From: Podarcis pityusensis
Lineage: Eukaryota
Assembly (NCBI GenBank): GCA_964106645.2
Contig: OZ067049.1
Direction: 5' to 3' (one strand)
DNA length: 64,000 bases
In this document: positions 63,487 through 64,000 of the stretch, one piece after another
Layout of the letters: each line of letters opens with the position of its first letter
How positions within the stretch are numbered: the stretch's first letter is position 1
Program-made: the position numbers and the translations under genes
The notes under the pieces: generated by a model
What the model was told of the DNA's origin: nothing
Database searches by the model: none
What the model saw: the letters and a program-made list of their open reading frames with translations, nothing else

Positions 63487-64000
63487 AATCAGAGTTCCTA
63501 TCAAACCTGGTGTCTCCCTAAGTATGCATACAAGTATTTTAATATAAGGTTTAATTCTGTTCAATAACCCTCATTTTCATAAATCTGCGGTTAAAGAAAC
63601 AATCAAACAACACAGCGTAGCTTCATTTCCATCGTCTCAGCAAGATTTTACAAACTGTTCAGATGAACAGAACTTTTCTCTCTTCACAAAACTCTTGTTT
63701 TAAATATTCAGAAGAAAAAATTTGCATTGTTCACAAAATCACAAAATCGCTTCACAAATTGGTCCAGCTTTACATATTTAGCTTTATCTCTTCCGTTTTG
63801 GTAATGTCTTTCCTTTTACACTCACTCTCACGCAGTTTACCTGTTCCTATCTGCAGTAAGGTCTGCAGTTGTACAAAGAAGCACTTTATGATTTACGAGA
63901 TGATAAGAGAAGCTGTAATGTGTACTCGGATGTAATTGTTTTGGTATTGACCGCATAACAAAACATGTGCTGTTTCTTCTTTTCTTAAATTTGAACGTGG

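Noticed and set aside
1-64000. Prokaryotic-type system (CRISPR array, operon, phage defence)
   Set aside because: Vertebrate intronic DNA with spliceosomal exons; no repeat-spacer array; short repeats are microsatellites or two-copy duplications.

Overview
This is eukaryotic, non-coding-dominated DNA from a squamate reptile, most likely a lacertid lizard, judged from Sauria/Squam1 and Squam3-like SINEs, BovB and L2 families. The whole window lies inside one + strand gene, RBMS3. Two internal coding exons for its second RRM are present (15293-15450 and 27712-27791); everything else is intron. The introns hold many LINE fragments (L2, L1, BovB/RTE, CR1, RTEX-like), tRNA-derived SINEs, hAT and pogo/Tigger MITEs, microsatellites and two N gaps. 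No prokaryotic-type system (CRISPR, operon) is present. The most unusual items are: (1) a 1.7-kb ORF-less retroposon with a CpG-rich 5' end, poly(A) and a perfect 17-bp TSD; (2) a decayed ~0.8-kb protein-coding retrocopy I could not identify, fused directly to an L2 3' end; (3) an A-B-A local duplication; (4) two L1 insertions a few bp apart in one MITE arm; (5) inverted repeat pairs that could fold the pre-mRNA. Repeat family names come from recall of consensus sequences, not a database search. Boundaries without a TSD are approximate.
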